A stretch of DNA of 64,000 bases from NCBI GenBank assembly GCA_937888725.1, contig CALARE010000009.1, positions 970 through 64,969 on the forward strand. The letters are read 5' to 3'. A program made the translations under genes and the position numbers. The stretch comes from an uncultured Alphaproteobacteria bacterium. GTDB taxonomy: Bacteria; Pseudomonadota; Alphaproteobacteria; CAAHEQ01; UBA3637. Shown here one piece after another: positions 20,132 to 31,200 of the stretch. Within the stretch, counting starts at the first letter, position 1. Each line of letters begins with the position of its first letter. The notes beneath the pieces were generated by a model. It did no database searches and was not told the origin of the DNA. It was given only the letters and a program-made list of their open reading frames with translations.

Positions 20132-21733
20132 TTAGCTAATCTGTTGATAATATTGCCAACCACCTGCAAAACTCACAACATTTTTAAACCCATGTTGTAA
20201 CAACATCCGTGTCACAACATAACTTGTATAACCCCGCACACAATAAACCAAAATCGGCTTATTTGTTGGCAATTCATCAAGACGATTTCTCAATTCAAAA
20301 AATGGAATATTAACCGCACCTGATATGTGACCTTGCTGATACATTTGAGTTGGGCGGACATCTAAAACAAAATACGCATCAAAATCCATCTCAAAATAGC
20401 CATCTACAAGACCACGCAATTGATTTTCAATCGCCATTCCCATTAAATTTATCACGTCTTTCGCACTTGAATACGGCGGTGCATAACATAGTTCTGCATC
20501 TCGCATATCATAAATTGTACCTTTGAGACGCATCACAGTTGCAACCACATTTATTGTTTTATCAACCCCTTCAGCACCAATGGCAGACGCCCCTAAAATC
20601 TCACCTTTTTGATTATATAAGAGTTTAAAGGTTATCTCACTTCCGCCTGGATAATATCCAGCATGTGAATGAGATGTAATGACCATTTTTTGATATGGGA
20701 TATGATGCGATTTAAGCCCTTCTTCATTTGCCCCTGTTATCGCAGCTGTTGTATCAAACACCTTAATAATACTGGTTCCTTGCGTTCCTGTATAGGGGTA
20801 TTGATAGCCCATGATATGGTCCGCAATTAATCGCCCTTGCCGATTAGCTGGGCCTGCCAAAGCCCGCACACCAGATACGGGCAAGACAAAATCCTTTACC
20901 GCAACAGCATCACCAGCGGCATAAATATCTGTTTGATTTGTTTGCATATATTCATTGGTTAAAATAGCACCATTATTATCTAATGCGATATCCAAATTAT
21001 GTAAAAAGCTTGTTTCTGGCTGAACACCTAAAGCAAAAATAAGCATATCAACCTTTATTTCATCCCCATTTGAAAGATGACACATCCCATTAGAATCAAC
21101 CTCAGAAAGCACACTTCCTAAATGCAGAACAACATCCTGCTTGGTTAGTTTATTTTCCAAAATGCGAGCCATCTCAGGGTCAAAATAAGGAAGAATTTGC
21201 CTCTTTTTATCAATCACATGTACATTTAACCCTAAATGAGTGAGATTTTCCGCCATCTCAATCCCAATATACCCTGCCCCAACAATCAGGGCCGATTTTG
21301 GGTGCTGTGTTTGAATAAAAGATTTTATTTTATCAGCATCTGCTAAACTTTTAACACAAAAAGAGGGGATATTTTCTTGCCCTGCTATTGTTGGAATAAT
21401 GGGCTTTACTCCCGTTGCAATGACTAATTTATCATAATCATAACACGCCCCTGTTTGTGTATAAATTTGATGTGCCTTCACATCAACATGCGTTACTTCA
21501 ACATGATGAATAACCTCTATATTAAACAGATTTTTAAACAGTTCTGGCTTTGCCACTTGCATTTGATTTTTATTCGTTATCACATCCCCAATAAAATATG
21601 GCAATCCGCAACTTGCAATCGAATTTTCACCCGTCTTTTCTAAAACCAAAATCTCAGCTGTTTCATTTAACCGTCTTAACCTTGTTGCACAGCTAGAACC
21701 TGCAGCTCCTCCCCCAATGATAATAACACGCAT
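20132..21733 (-). CDS. CoA-disulfide reductase with a C-terminal rhodanese domain (CoADR-RHD)
   Basis: FAD-binding GGGAAG, the active-site SCGLPY cysteine, and a C-terminal rhodanese Cys loop (VYCVRGYTS). Confidence 0.8.
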   Translation of the reverse strand: MRVIIIGGGAAGSSCATRLRRLNETAEILVLEKTGENSIASCGLPYFIGDVITNKNQMQVAKPELFKNLFNIEVIHHVEVTHVDVKAHQIYTQTGACYDYDKLVIATGVKPIIPTIAGQENIPSFCVKSLADADKIKSFIQTQHPKSALIVGAGYIGIEMAENLTHLGLNVHVIDKKRQILPYFDPEMARILENKLTKQDVVLHLGSVLSEVDSNGMCHLSNGDEIKVDMLIFALGVQPETSFLHNLDIALDNNGAILTNEYMQTNQTDIYAAGDAVAVKDFVLPVSGVRALAGPANRQGRLIADHIMGYQYPYTGTQGTSIIKVFDTTAAITGANEEGLKSHHIPYQKMVITSHSHAGYYPGGSEITFKLLYNQKGEILGASAIGAEGVDKTINVVATVMRLKGTIYDMRDAELCYAPPYSSAKDVINLMGMAIENQLRGLVDGYFEMDFDAYFVLDVRPTQMYQQGHISGAVNIPFFELRNRLDELPTNKPILVYCVRGYTSYVVTRMLLQHGFKNVVSFAGGWQYYQQIS

Positions 21734-21951
21734 ATCGCCTCCTTAATATTTTATATATAATTAAGGTAGATAATTTTTGCCGATTATGCAATGAAAAAAA
21801 CGTTATCGATTGAACAATTTTTTATCAGTGTTCACAACTAAAATTTTCAACCGCTTTCAACATAAATGCGTTTTTTTTAATAAGGTCAATTGCATAGCGG
21901 TGTCCTTTTGGCAAAAAAATAATAAATACAATAAAAAGGTTAAACCATTCA

Positions 21952-23325
21952 TTATTTTTTTACATTGTTAGGGATAATGAACTCATAAACACCTTTTTTA
22001 TTTAATTTAAAACGTTCAATCCCCCAATTTTGCCAATCAACTTCTAAAATGCCATTTGCTTGTTTTTTAACAGCACCACATTCATATAACATAGATTGAC
22101 GACATCCTTGGTCCCCTTTTTTTGTTAAATAAAACGTATCAGACCAATTTTTATGCTTTAATGACAAAATATCACCATTCGGTTTATGTCGCCATATAAC
22201 ACCTTTCCCCAAAACAAAAGACTGCGTTTCTCCATTTTCCCAAGTAACTTCAATTTCATTATCAGATTTTTTAAGCAATTGCCCACTTTCTCCTTCAGCA
22301 ACACGTTTGACTTGCCCATTGTCACCCACTTCTAAAAAATCCTCCCAATAGTTCAATGTATCTTTTAAATAATATGAAGCTTGAATATCCTTAGGACAAT
22401 TGAGCACATATCGATCTTGCAAGTGCTGTTGTGGGATTTTTGGATTTTGTTCATTATGAAGTATTATCTTTTTTAAAAGAGTGCATTTTTCATATGTATT
22501 ATACTCAAATTTGATATCCTTTTCATCAGGGACAAAAAATCTTGAAATCATTTTTTTACGAATATTAAGCGAATTTTCAATCATTTTTTCATAATAACTT
22601 GGACTATTAAAATAATGGATCCGCCTAAAAACAAGCACGTCATAAATTCTTGCTAAATTTCCTCCCGCCATCACCATTTTGACAAAAAAATCATAATCCT
22701 CAGCGGAAACAAGTGATTGATCATATTGAATTTTATGTTTTTTCACAAAATCCTTTTTAAAAAAAGATGCCACATTTGGAAATCGATTATAAAACATAAG
22801 TTCAATCGCAAAATAGGCTGGCGTATCAACCAGTGTGTATAAAGCAGGTTCTTTGGGTATATATTTTTGTATCACACTTTCATCTTTAATTGTGTCTAAC
22901 CCACCCGTCATCGCGTCAATTTCAGGATTCTCTTGCATAAAAATAAGAGACTTTTCCAATCGTTCAGGAACGGACCAATCATCTGAATCCATAATGGCGA
23001 TATACTTCCCTTTTGCCAAATCTAAGCCCCGTTGGCGAGAATAAGATATCCCTTTATTCACATCATTATGATAAATGTGAATACGTTTATCCTTTTGAGC
23101 ATAACTTTTTAAAACGTTTTTTGTTTTTTCATTTGACGCATCATCAATAATGATAAACTCAAAATCTTTTTCCGTCTGATTCAGAATGGACTCAATTGCC
23201 CTTGCAAGCAAATCAGTGCGATTATAAACAGGCATAACAACCGATATTGTGGGCTTATCAAAAGCCTTTACACAAAAAAGACCCACCAACAACACACAAC
23301 AACATATGATTATCTTTTTTTTCAT
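21952..23325 (-). CDS. membrane-anchored glycosyltransferase family 2 with a C-terminal extension
   Basis: VVMPVYNRTDLL…IIIDDASNEKT GT2 signature. The start is set at MKKKII (ATG 23323-23325), preceded by AAAGGGGA. An A8 tract occupies codons 2-4. Confidence 0.7.
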   Translation of the reverse strand: MKKKIIICCCVLLVGLFCVKAFDKPTISVVMPVYNRTDLLARAIESILNQTEKDFEFIIIDDASNEKTKNVLKSYAQKDKRIHIYHNDVNKGISYSRQRGLDLAKGKYIAIMDSDDWSVPERLEKSLIFMQENPEIDAMTGGLDTIKDESVIQKYIPKEPALYTLVDTPAYFAIELMFYNRFPNVASFFKKDFVKKHKIQYDQSLVSAEDYDFFVKMVMAGGNLARIYDVLVFRRIHYFNSPSYYEKMIENSLNIRKKMISRFFVPDEKDIKFEYNTYEKCTLLKKIILHNEQNPKIPQQHLQDRYVLNCPKDIQASYYLKDTLNYWEDFLEVGDNGQVKRVAEGESGQLLKKSDNEIEVTWENGETQSFVLGKGVIWRHKPNGDILSLKHKNWSDTFYLTKKGDQGCRQSMLYECGAVKKQANGILEVDWQNWGIERFKLNKKGVYEFIIPNNVKK

Positions 23326-23454
23326 TAAATTCCCCTTTAAATACATTTTACCCTAGTAAAACACATAAAAATAAATTAATCAATTAAAAAGAATACACTC
23401 TTGACAAAGAAAGCAACTCATTATAAGCTAAACTTAAATTTTTAAGGAGGGATT

Positions 23455-23685
23455 ATGAAAAAAATATTATTTGCAACATTATTTTTGTTATCAGCTTGTT
23501 CGAGTGGGAACAAAGAACTTTATACCAATCCATATGGATATGGCATTTTTTCAGCCACAGGGGATAGCCTTGGTGAATGTTATCAAAAAGCAAATGACAC
23601 CTGCCCCAATGGGTTTGAAAAGTTAGATCGCATCGTCAACCCAAAAGCTGATGAGGCTGTTGAGCTTGTCTATGAGTGCAAATAG
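23455..23685 (+). CDS. small lipoprotein (76 aa)
   Basis: AAGGAGGG RBS. Signal peptide plus lipobox LSAC. Confidence 0.6.
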   Translation: MKKILFATLFLLSACSSGNKELYTNPYGYGIFSATGDSLGECYQKANDTCPNGFEKLDRIVNPKADEAVELVYECK

Positions 23686-24196
23686 GATTTTAATTATTGG
23701 CCCGTTAGGGGCTGGTAAATCAACTTTAGCTTATGAGCTTAACAAGCGGTATCACCTTTCCCGTTTAAATTTGGATGAAGTTGCCAGAAACCCTAAAAAT
23801 GGTGATTATTATTCCTGGCAAGTGCAAGAAAAAACATTACACCAATTTCTTAAAACAAATGCATCATGGGTGATTGAGGGGTGTCAAAAATCACTCTACG
23901 AACAGACGAATCCTAATTTAATTGTGGATATGCGTATCTCGCCTCTTGTTGCTGTTAAACGTTTCACATTGAGGTTTATAAAAGCAAAACGCTTAATTGG
24001 CAAAAGGGTTGATAAAAACGCCCCTGTTCAAGCTTATCATTACCGTAAACTCAGCATAAAAAAAATATTGGAATATAATGCTGTTAATAGACAAATCAAT
24101 CAAGAAATTAAAGAATATCTTTCAAAAGTGAACTGTAACGTCGTTGCTTGCAAAGGGATAAAAGATTACAACCATATCTTTAAGTTAATTCAATAA
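23672..24196 (+). CDS. P-loop NTPase (adenylate/shikimate-kinase-like, 'topology modulation'-type small kinase fold)
   Basis: Walker A GPLGAGKST near the N-terminus. It overlaps the upstream gene. The exact start is uncertain between 23651 and 23672. Confidence 0.5.
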   Translation: MSANRILIIGPLGAGKSTLAYELNKRYHLSRLNLDEVARNPKNGDYYSWQVQEKTLHQFLKTNASWVIEGCQKSLYEQTNPNLIVDMRISPLVAVKRFTLRFIKAKRLIGKRVDKNAPVQAYHYRKLSIKKILEYNAVNRQINQEIKEYLSKVNCNVVACKGIKDYNHIFKLIQ

Positions 24197-24353
24197 GAAT
24201 TAAAACAAATAAATATTTTAATTATCCCCCCAAAAAATAACCGCTTGTTATTTAAAATTTATCATAATATATTAATATTTTATTTGAAAAAGTTGAAAAA
24301 ATATGATATACTCCCCCCAACAAAACGTTTCAGCCTCTTTTGGAGCAACAAAA

Positions 24354-26081
24354 ATGCAAAATAGTCATACAAAAATTCATATCCTTGGCGGGAATAATAA
24401 TTCTCGTATTGGTGCCTCTGCACAACTTATTGAGCATGAAAATGAATTAGGCGATACGACTAAAATTTTGGTTGATTTAGGTGCCCTTTTTCCATCTAAA
24501 CACTTTTCAAATACACATTTTATTCCCCCTGTTACACAATACCTTGGTTATAACCCACCTAAAAACGAACTTAATCCCCTATTAAAAACATATCATCAAT
24601 CTATTGGTGGAAAAAGAGAACCGCAGATTGAAGCTCTTTTTTTAACACACATGCATGAGGATCATATTGGTGGGGTTGTGTCGCTTTTAAAATCGGGCTT
24701 TAACTTTCCAACAATTTATGCTTCAGAGGCAACAATTTATGTTTTATCCCGTTTATTGATTGAAGAAGGGGTTGAAAATTTACCAACACTTCAACCGATT
24801 AAAGGCCCTGTTCAAGTGTCAAAAGATATGATTGTAACCCCTTTTTCTGTTTCACACACAACACTTGGGTCATATGGATATCATATTTTAACAAAATATA
24901 ATAAACACAATGATGTTGGCATTATTCATTTAGGGGATTTTAATTTATCTGATGTTTTAATTGGTGAGGGTTATCAACAAGACGTATTTAACCAATTTTT
25001 AAGCACGCATTACGTCACCCATGTTTTAACAGATTCCACCTCTGTTTCAAATAAATTTAATCAAGAGCTTACGTTTCAAGAGGCGATCACTCATTGGCAA
25101 AACCTCATGAAAGAAACGGATAAACGTATTATTACAGCTGTTATTTCACGCAGTACACAAAACATGGCTCCTATTATTTTTGCCGCACAAAAAACTGGTC
25201 GCACAGTTTTTATTGATGGGTATATGCAAAAAATTGTTTATGATGAACTACAAAAAGCAGGATTGTTAGAGGATTTTGCCGATACCGTTTATCACCACAA
25301 TAACATTTTTTCAGGCGATTTGCCCACATTTACAAAAGCAAGTAAACCAAAAGAACAAGTTATTATTTTTTCAGGGGCCTTTGCCGAAGGGCTGGATTGC
25401 CCTGCGGAACAAGGATCTGGTCTTGTTCACATTGCCAAGCAAACACATAAAAACTTTTTACTTAATTCAAGCTCTCTTGTCGCTTTATCCCAACGGGCTA
25501 TTCCTGTTGATGACATTCCTCAATCTATGCGTGAAATGGCTTTTTTATTGGGTAGACAAAATGGCAATAACATTATTCAAAATCAAACAAGTGACACGCT
25601 TTCACTCGGTGATTATCCAATGAAAGCCTTGCAACGCACGGGACATGCCACATTTAAAGAAATGATTGCCGTGCTCAGTAGTATTAAGCACCATCGTTTG
25701 AATAAAGATGACACGTTAACGGTTATCCCACTTCATGGTGATGAGGGACAGCTAAAAAATGCGGTTAAATGTGCGAAATTAATTAAAGCTGAAACCGTTT
25801 TAGCGGGAAATGGTTCATATATCGCTCTCTTACCAAATGGCACCCAAGGTATTTTAAAAACACCCGAGCACCCTTGGATTAGTTTTAAAACACAAAAAAC
25901 AACTAAATCATGTACATATGAGATGAACCTTGTTCAAGAAGTTAGAGAAACCCGTGCAAAAAGTGCTTATCAATTGGTGGCCCGCTTAGGAGGTGGGAGC
26001 TATTTAATCCCACATCCACAAAAAAAACAAATCCTTTTTAACATTATGCGGACAACACTTGCCCGAAAAATGGAACGCTAA
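24354..26081 (+). CDS. metallo-beta-lactamase-fold RNase J-like ribonuclease
   Basis: THMHEDHIGG (HxHxDH) motif, an RNase J-like N-terminal beta-strand region, ~575 aa. The start is moved to the ATG at 24354, preceded by GGAGC. Confidence 0.6.
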   Translation: MQNSHTKIHILGGNNNSRIGASAQLIEHENELGDTTKILVDLGALFPSKHFSNTHFIPPVTQYLGYNPPKNELNPLLKTYHQSIGGKREPQIEALFLTHMHEDHIGGVVSLLKSGFNFPTIYASEATIYVLSRLLIEEGVENLPTLQPIKGPVQVSKDMIVTPFSVSHTTLGSYGYHILTKYNKHNDVGIIHLGDFNLSDVLIGEGYQQDVFNQFLSTHYVTHVLTDSTSVSNKFNQELTFQEAITHWQNLMKETDKRIITAVISRSTQNMAPIIFAAQKTGRTVFIDGYMQKIVYDELQKAGLLEDFADTVYHHNNIFSGDLPTFTKASKPKEQVIIFSGAFAEGLDCPAEQGSGLVHIAKQTHKNFLLNSSSLVALSQRAIPVDDIPQSMREMAFLLGRQNGNNIIQNQTSDTLSLGDYPMKALQRTGHATFKEMIAVLSSIKHHRLNKDDTLTVIPLHGDEGQLKNAVKCAKLIKAETVLAGNGSYIALLPNGTQGILKTPEHPWISFKTQKTTKSCTYEMNLVQEVRETRAKSAYQLVARLGGGSYLIPHPQKKQILFNIMRTTLARKMER

Positions 26082-26164
26082 TATCCATTCATCAAAACAC
26101 GTTCTTTGAATACCATACGCTAACAAATAAAGTTAAGGGGCGTTTTATTTTCGCCCCTACCCTT

Positions 26165-27424
26165 TTATTTTAAGATAACACGAAGGAAGTTTTTCTTCCC
26201 TTTACGCAAAAGTAAGAAATCCTCATTCCCTTCTTTCACTTTCAATGCGTCCGTTTGTGATAAAACTTTTTCATCATCAATGGTAAGGCCACCTTGCTGT
26301 ATCATACGACGGGCCTCCCCCTTTGATGGGAACAAACCAACCTCAACCGACAAATCAACAGCATTAATCCCTGCTTCAAATTTTGCTTTATCAAATGTTG
26401 CTGTTGGCACGTTTTCCATATTCATTCCACCAGCAAAGAGGGATTGTGCTGCCTCAACTGCTTTTTGAGCTTCTTCCTCCCCATGAACAAGTTTTGTCAC
26501 CTCAAAAGCCATCCGTTTTTTAGCTTGGATAATATCCGTTTTGCACAATTCTTCAATTTCAGCAGTTGGAATATCCGTGAAAAGTTTTAAAAGCATTTCA
26601 GTGTCAGCATCCGCTGTGTTATAAAAATATTGATAAAAAGCATAAGATGTTGTCTTATCTCTAGCAACCCAAAGCGTGCCAGATTCAGTTTTACCCATCT
26701 TTTTCCCTTCTTTTGTCATCAAAAGTGGACAGGTCAAACCAAATGTATCGGGTTTATCCTGTGTTGCATTCCCTTCATCATGGAAATTCATTTTACGACT
26801 AAGTTCCGTCCCAGCCACAATGTTGCCCCATTGATCAGAGCCTCCAATTTCAAGCACACAATCATATGTTCTATTCAAATGCACAAAATCATATGCTTGC
26901 ATAAGCATATACCCCATTTCAAGGAAAGTTAAGCCCCCATTTTCCAACCGTTTTGAATATGCATCTGATGCGAGCATCTTATTCACATTAAAATGTGTGC
27001 CAACAATACGCATAAAATCAACATAATTAAAGCTATTAATCCATTCAGAGTTATCCAAAATTAAAGCAGCATTTTCGCCCTCAGTTTCAATAAATCTAGC
27101 GGCTAAACGTTTCACCTCAGCCACATTGTGTGCGACATCTTCTTTTGTAAGCATTTTACGCATATCAGATTTCCCAGTTGGGTCACCAACAAGTGCTGTT
27201 GCACCGCCTACAACTAAAATACCACGATGCCCTTTACGTTGCAGATGACGAAACATCATTAAAGCAAAAAAATGCCCGATATGCAAGCTATCCGCCGTTG
27301 GATCAATCCCAAGATAAAATGTAATTTTTTTATCCGAATTTAAGATGTTTTTAATTTCATCTTCATGCGTTGATTGGTAAACATAACCACGTTCTTTTAA
27401 GTATTCAAAAAAATTATCAGACAT
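26165..27424 (-). CDS. tyrS: tyrosyl-tRNA synthetase
   Basis: HIGH motif (LHIGHFFAL), KMGKT (the KMSKS variant), a C-terminal S4-like domain, 419 aa. Confidence 0.85.
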   Translation of the reverse strand: MSDNFFEYLKERGYVYQSTHEDEIKNILNSDKKITFYLGIDPTADSLHIGHFFALMMFRHLQRKGHRGILVVGGATALVGDPTGKSDMRKMLTKEDVAHNVAEVKRLAARFIETEGENAALILDNSEWINSFNYVDFMRIVGTHFNVNKMLASDAYSKRLENGGLTFLEMGYMLMQAYDFVHLNRTYDCVLEIGGSDQWGNIVAGTELSRKMNFHDEGNATQDKPDTFGLTCPLLMTKEGKKMGKTESGTLWVARDKTTSYAFYQYFYNTADADTEMLLKLFTDIPTAEIEELCKTDIIQAKKRMAFEVTKLVHGEEEAQKAVEAAQSLFAGGMNMENVPTATFDKAKFEAGINAVDLSVEVGLFPSKGEARRMIQQGGLTIDDEKVLSQTDALKVKEGNEDFLLLRKGKKNFLRVILK

Positions 27425-27555
27425 CTTTCCATCCTTTTGTTAAATAAATCAGTATAATTTTAGCCAAATACAAAAAAAATGCAATACTTTTTTAAAAAAG
27501 ATAAAAAAATACTTGCAAAAGGCATAAAGTTGAGATAAAAATTATAAAAAGCTTA

Positions 27556-27632
27556 CGGAGTATAGCGCAGCCTGGTAGCGCACTCGTCTGGGGGGCGAGT
27601 GGTCGTGGGTTCAAATCCCGCTACTCCGACCA
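27556..27632 (+). tRNA. tRNA-Pro (anticodon GGG)
   Basis: Acceptor CGGAGTA/TACTCCG, anticodon arm CTCGT-CTGGGGG-GCGAG, T-arm GGTTCAAATCC, CCA encoded. Confidence 0.8.
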
Positions 27633-27639
27633 AATCAGA

Positions 27640-27670
27640 AAAAGACCACTTTTTAGTGGTCTTTTTTTTG
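27640..27670 (+). terminator. rho-independent terminator after tRNA-Pro
   Basis: aaagaccac…gtggtcttttttt hairpin plus T-run. Confidence 0.6.
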
Positions 27671-27801
27671 ATTTAGCCTGGAGAAGCGGGTTTGAAGTCA
27701 CGAGAAAGTGGGTTCAACCGCCGAAAAAAGGCAGACGAGAGTATGCCGGTTTTGTTTTAACAAAATTTTTCAAGGTCTGCGAAGGCTTTAAGCCGAAAGC
27801 A

Positions 27802-27822
27802 AAATCCCGCTACTCCGACCAA
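27802..27822 (+). repeat. 21-bp direct duplicate of the tRNA-Pro 3' end (att-like scar)
   Basis: aaatcccgctactccgaccaa is identical to 27613-27633. A further partial T-arm copy, gtgggttcaaccgcc, lies at about 27709-27723. Confidence 0.65.
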
Positions 27823-28171
27823 TATCAAAAAGCGGAAGTTTATACTTTCGCTTTTTTTGTTATCCAATTCCCCTGCAAAGCCCTAGGACAGCCAACTGTT
27901 AAAAAGTGATTTTATACCAAAATCGATGTGATTGCCGAGATTTTTCCAAATTGATATATACTTTTGCCCGAATATATATACCTTGTGCAATGTGATTTTT
28001 TCGCCAGAGCCACTTGACCGTAAGTTATTGTTTTTGAATAATTGATTATAATGGTATGACATTAACTTTCCGAATCTTGCCAAGCAGTGGTTGGTTTAGA
28101 AACCCAAAAACTGATATCACAATTTATACACCTCTCTAAAAGCCTTATTTTATAAGGGGTTTAATTTTTTT

Positions 28172-28193
28172 ATAACTTACACACATGGTGTTT
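28172..28193. repeat. 22-bp direct repeat flanking the two-gene helicase module (right-hand copy is at 37878..37899)
   Basis: ataacttacacacatggtgttt versus acaacttacgcacatggtgttt, 20 of 22 identical. Confidence 0.6.
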
Positions 28194-28239
28194 ACTATGC
28201 TATCTAATTATATAGTTTGATATAAAAATTCTTCGGCAT

Positions 28240-31200
28240 TTAATTCTTAGTGTAAAAAATTCTAGTTGGATAATTATCTCCTATTATGCTAGGTAATTCA
28301 ATGCTAATTTTTTGAACTTGAAAATCAACACTAGATTCAAATGGGAATAAATTTTCATAGTAATTGTACGCAGCACATCTCCAATATAAAAATCCTTGAT
28401 CGAAAATTAGATTTATAACATCCCCATTTTCTAGCTCAATAATTAAAATTCTATTGTGTTCTAGATATTTTTTATTTCTTTCTTGAATATTAAATTTTAG
28501 ATCAATGCTTGCAAACAATTTATTTAAAACAGCCTTGCGTTCAGATGATCTAGGCCATTCATCGTAAAATTTACCAGGTGTATATTTTATATTATCTTCA
28601 TTTTCACATGTTAATAAATTAATTTCAGTACACTTCCAATTATTTGCATATTTATTTTTTATTGCCTTTATAAAATTAAAGAATAAACCACAAGAAAGAG
28701 GATTTTTGATATAACGATCTTTGTACGTTATTTTTACTATATTGGATGAAATTCCGTTATTTAAACTCTCAGATAAAATATTTAACAAGCTTTGACCAAA
28801 TAAATTTCCGGAACAGTTTACTTCAGAGGAAATATTATACATTTTATCAAAGCTTGTTTTGATATCGCTGTTTAATGCTACATCGTAAAATTCTTTTTTA
28901 TCAATATCAATATATCCTGAAAGAATTGAAGTATTAACATTACTTCCCCAATATGGATTTAATTTTTTTACATCTTGATCTAAAGAAGCATAAGCATAAA
29001 AACCGGTACCGTTATTTATAACAGCCATTATATTCTTATTCAAATTATCTGGAATTGACTTTATTGAAACATTTTTATACTTAGAAAGCAATCCTAGAGT
29101 TTCTTTTACATCGTCACTGATTTTTGTCGCATCAACACATAAAATTGTATCAATTCCCATGGAATTATATCTATTTACTAATCTATATAATGGTGAGTTT
29201 AAAAAATCTTCATCATCATCTTGTTGGGGTACCAACAAATACAATTCCTTAATACTTAGAGTATCTTCAATTAAACTTTCGATACTGGCCGAAGCGATAA
29301 CTGTGGTATCGCCAAAAATTTTCATATTGTCGGCTAAAGTATTTTTTGAAATCCATTCATCTGTTAAAAAGTCTAAAGCTAATAACCTATCTAGGTGTTT
29401 ATAGTTGTATTTAGTATCATTTTGTAAAATACATTTATTACATGATTGAGCACAGTCACAAGTTAATGTATCTTTGGCATACTTAAATATGCGACTTAGA
29501 TTTTTGATAATATCATCAGATGAACAATAACCTGATGCATTTTTATCAAACAATTCTATTGAAAATCCTTTTTTATTTGATCCAACAAGTTTTATTTCTT
29601 TTGTTCCACAGCCAATTTCGTCAGTTTCGATATTCATATATTTGGCTATACCACTGCGAATTGCTACTGCCAATGAATATGCGAGAGTTTTATCGTTAAC
29701 AATTTCTCCGTTAATATCTGATAAAATAAGTTCCAAAACATCAGTTTTGACTTCAACTCCTAGAGAAATATTTTCCACTATTGAATATGGAGAATGATTA
29801 CATTCTACTTTCATATTTCTCATGTTGGGATTAAAACTATTTGCACTTCTTAAACGATAATGTGATTTTCTAAACTCAACTCTGTTCTTTTCATTGTTTG
29901 CAACAACTCTGCCACACTCTAAACAAAGTATGTAGCCGTCACCACCGCCATTTGAGTAATGAATGACACTTCCTTCTTTATCATTTTTATATTTTATGTA
30001 AGGTAAACCCAAATAATTATTTAAATCATTGTGAGCAGTAACTAGTGGTTCACATAAATTTACAAAATGTTGAACAGATACGTTATTATTAACGGGAGCA
30101 TTAAAATCAACAGAAAAACCTGCTGGCTGTATATACTTGTGAATATTATGTCTATCGATTTCTTCACCACATACATCACAGTGAATATCTAGTAATCTTG
30201 TTGATGTACCACTTGCACCACATTTATTACAACGCCAAAAATAACGAATTGACTGAATTTCTTTAACCTCTGTTTCTGAGGCAGGAATATGCCAATTTAG
30301 TGTAATACCTGCAGATTTATATACAAGACCATCAATAACAACATCGCTACCGGGAGCGTACTCTCTTAATGCTGTGCAAATATCTCTTGAAGGCAATTCT
30401 CTTCTTTTAAATAAATTGTCTTCTCTTTCTCCATAATTCTTTTGCATTCTATAGTCTTGATTTTCGATGCTATATCGATTGTTTGTATCAAAAGTTACGA
30501 TATTTATTGGAAAACCATATCGTGGTAAAATTCCATATCCTATCATTTCTTTTAATAGGTATTCATGCAGTAAGCGTGTCTCAGTATTTTTAATAGCGAT
30601 TAAACTAATTTTATGATCTTTTTCTCTCTTTTTTTGCTCTTGAATTGCATCATATTCAGCAAACCACTTCTTTTGCATATTTTCAATTTGCAGGCTCAAT
30701 TCTGAGACAAACACATCAAAACTAATATGTTCATAATGTGTATTTTTGATTAAAGAATGAATAGCCGCCTGAACTCGATTATTTGTTCTGATAGCATCTT
30801 TGCAGAAACGTTTAAATTTGGAAAGCTTATTATCTTTAAAAGGTAACATAAGCCATTCCATATTAAGTTTGGTCGCATCACTAATTTGGCCTTTAATTGA
30901 TTCAAAAAAGTAGGATAACAATAAAGAATTTATATGTCTCAATAATACAATAAAGCTGTATTGATCTACGTAAGGAGCATTTATTTTTGATGTAAATGCC
31001 CATTTGGGATGATTAAAAACATATTGGTCATGAGAGTTGTCTTTACATAAAGTAAAGCTTATCGCCTTTGTTTCTCTACGTCTTCCTGCACGTCCTGCAC
31101 GTTGTAAATAATTGGCCGGATGTGGCGGAACATTATTCATAGATGCAATCGTTATACCACCGATATCAACACCCATTTCCATTGTGGTTGAACAGTTAAG

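Noticed and set aside
23651-23685. 35-nt overlap between the lipoprotein gene and the P-loop NTPase gene as a programmed frameshift or fusion
   Set aside because: There is no slippery heptamer. An internal ATG at 23672 is a plausible alternative start, so a simple short overlap is more likely.
27883-28083. 66-aa minus-strand ORF in the gap between the tRNA-Pro scar and the helicase gene
   Set aside because: A+T-rich intergenic DNA, with no RBS or motif. It more likely holds the terminator or 3' UTR of the helicase operon.
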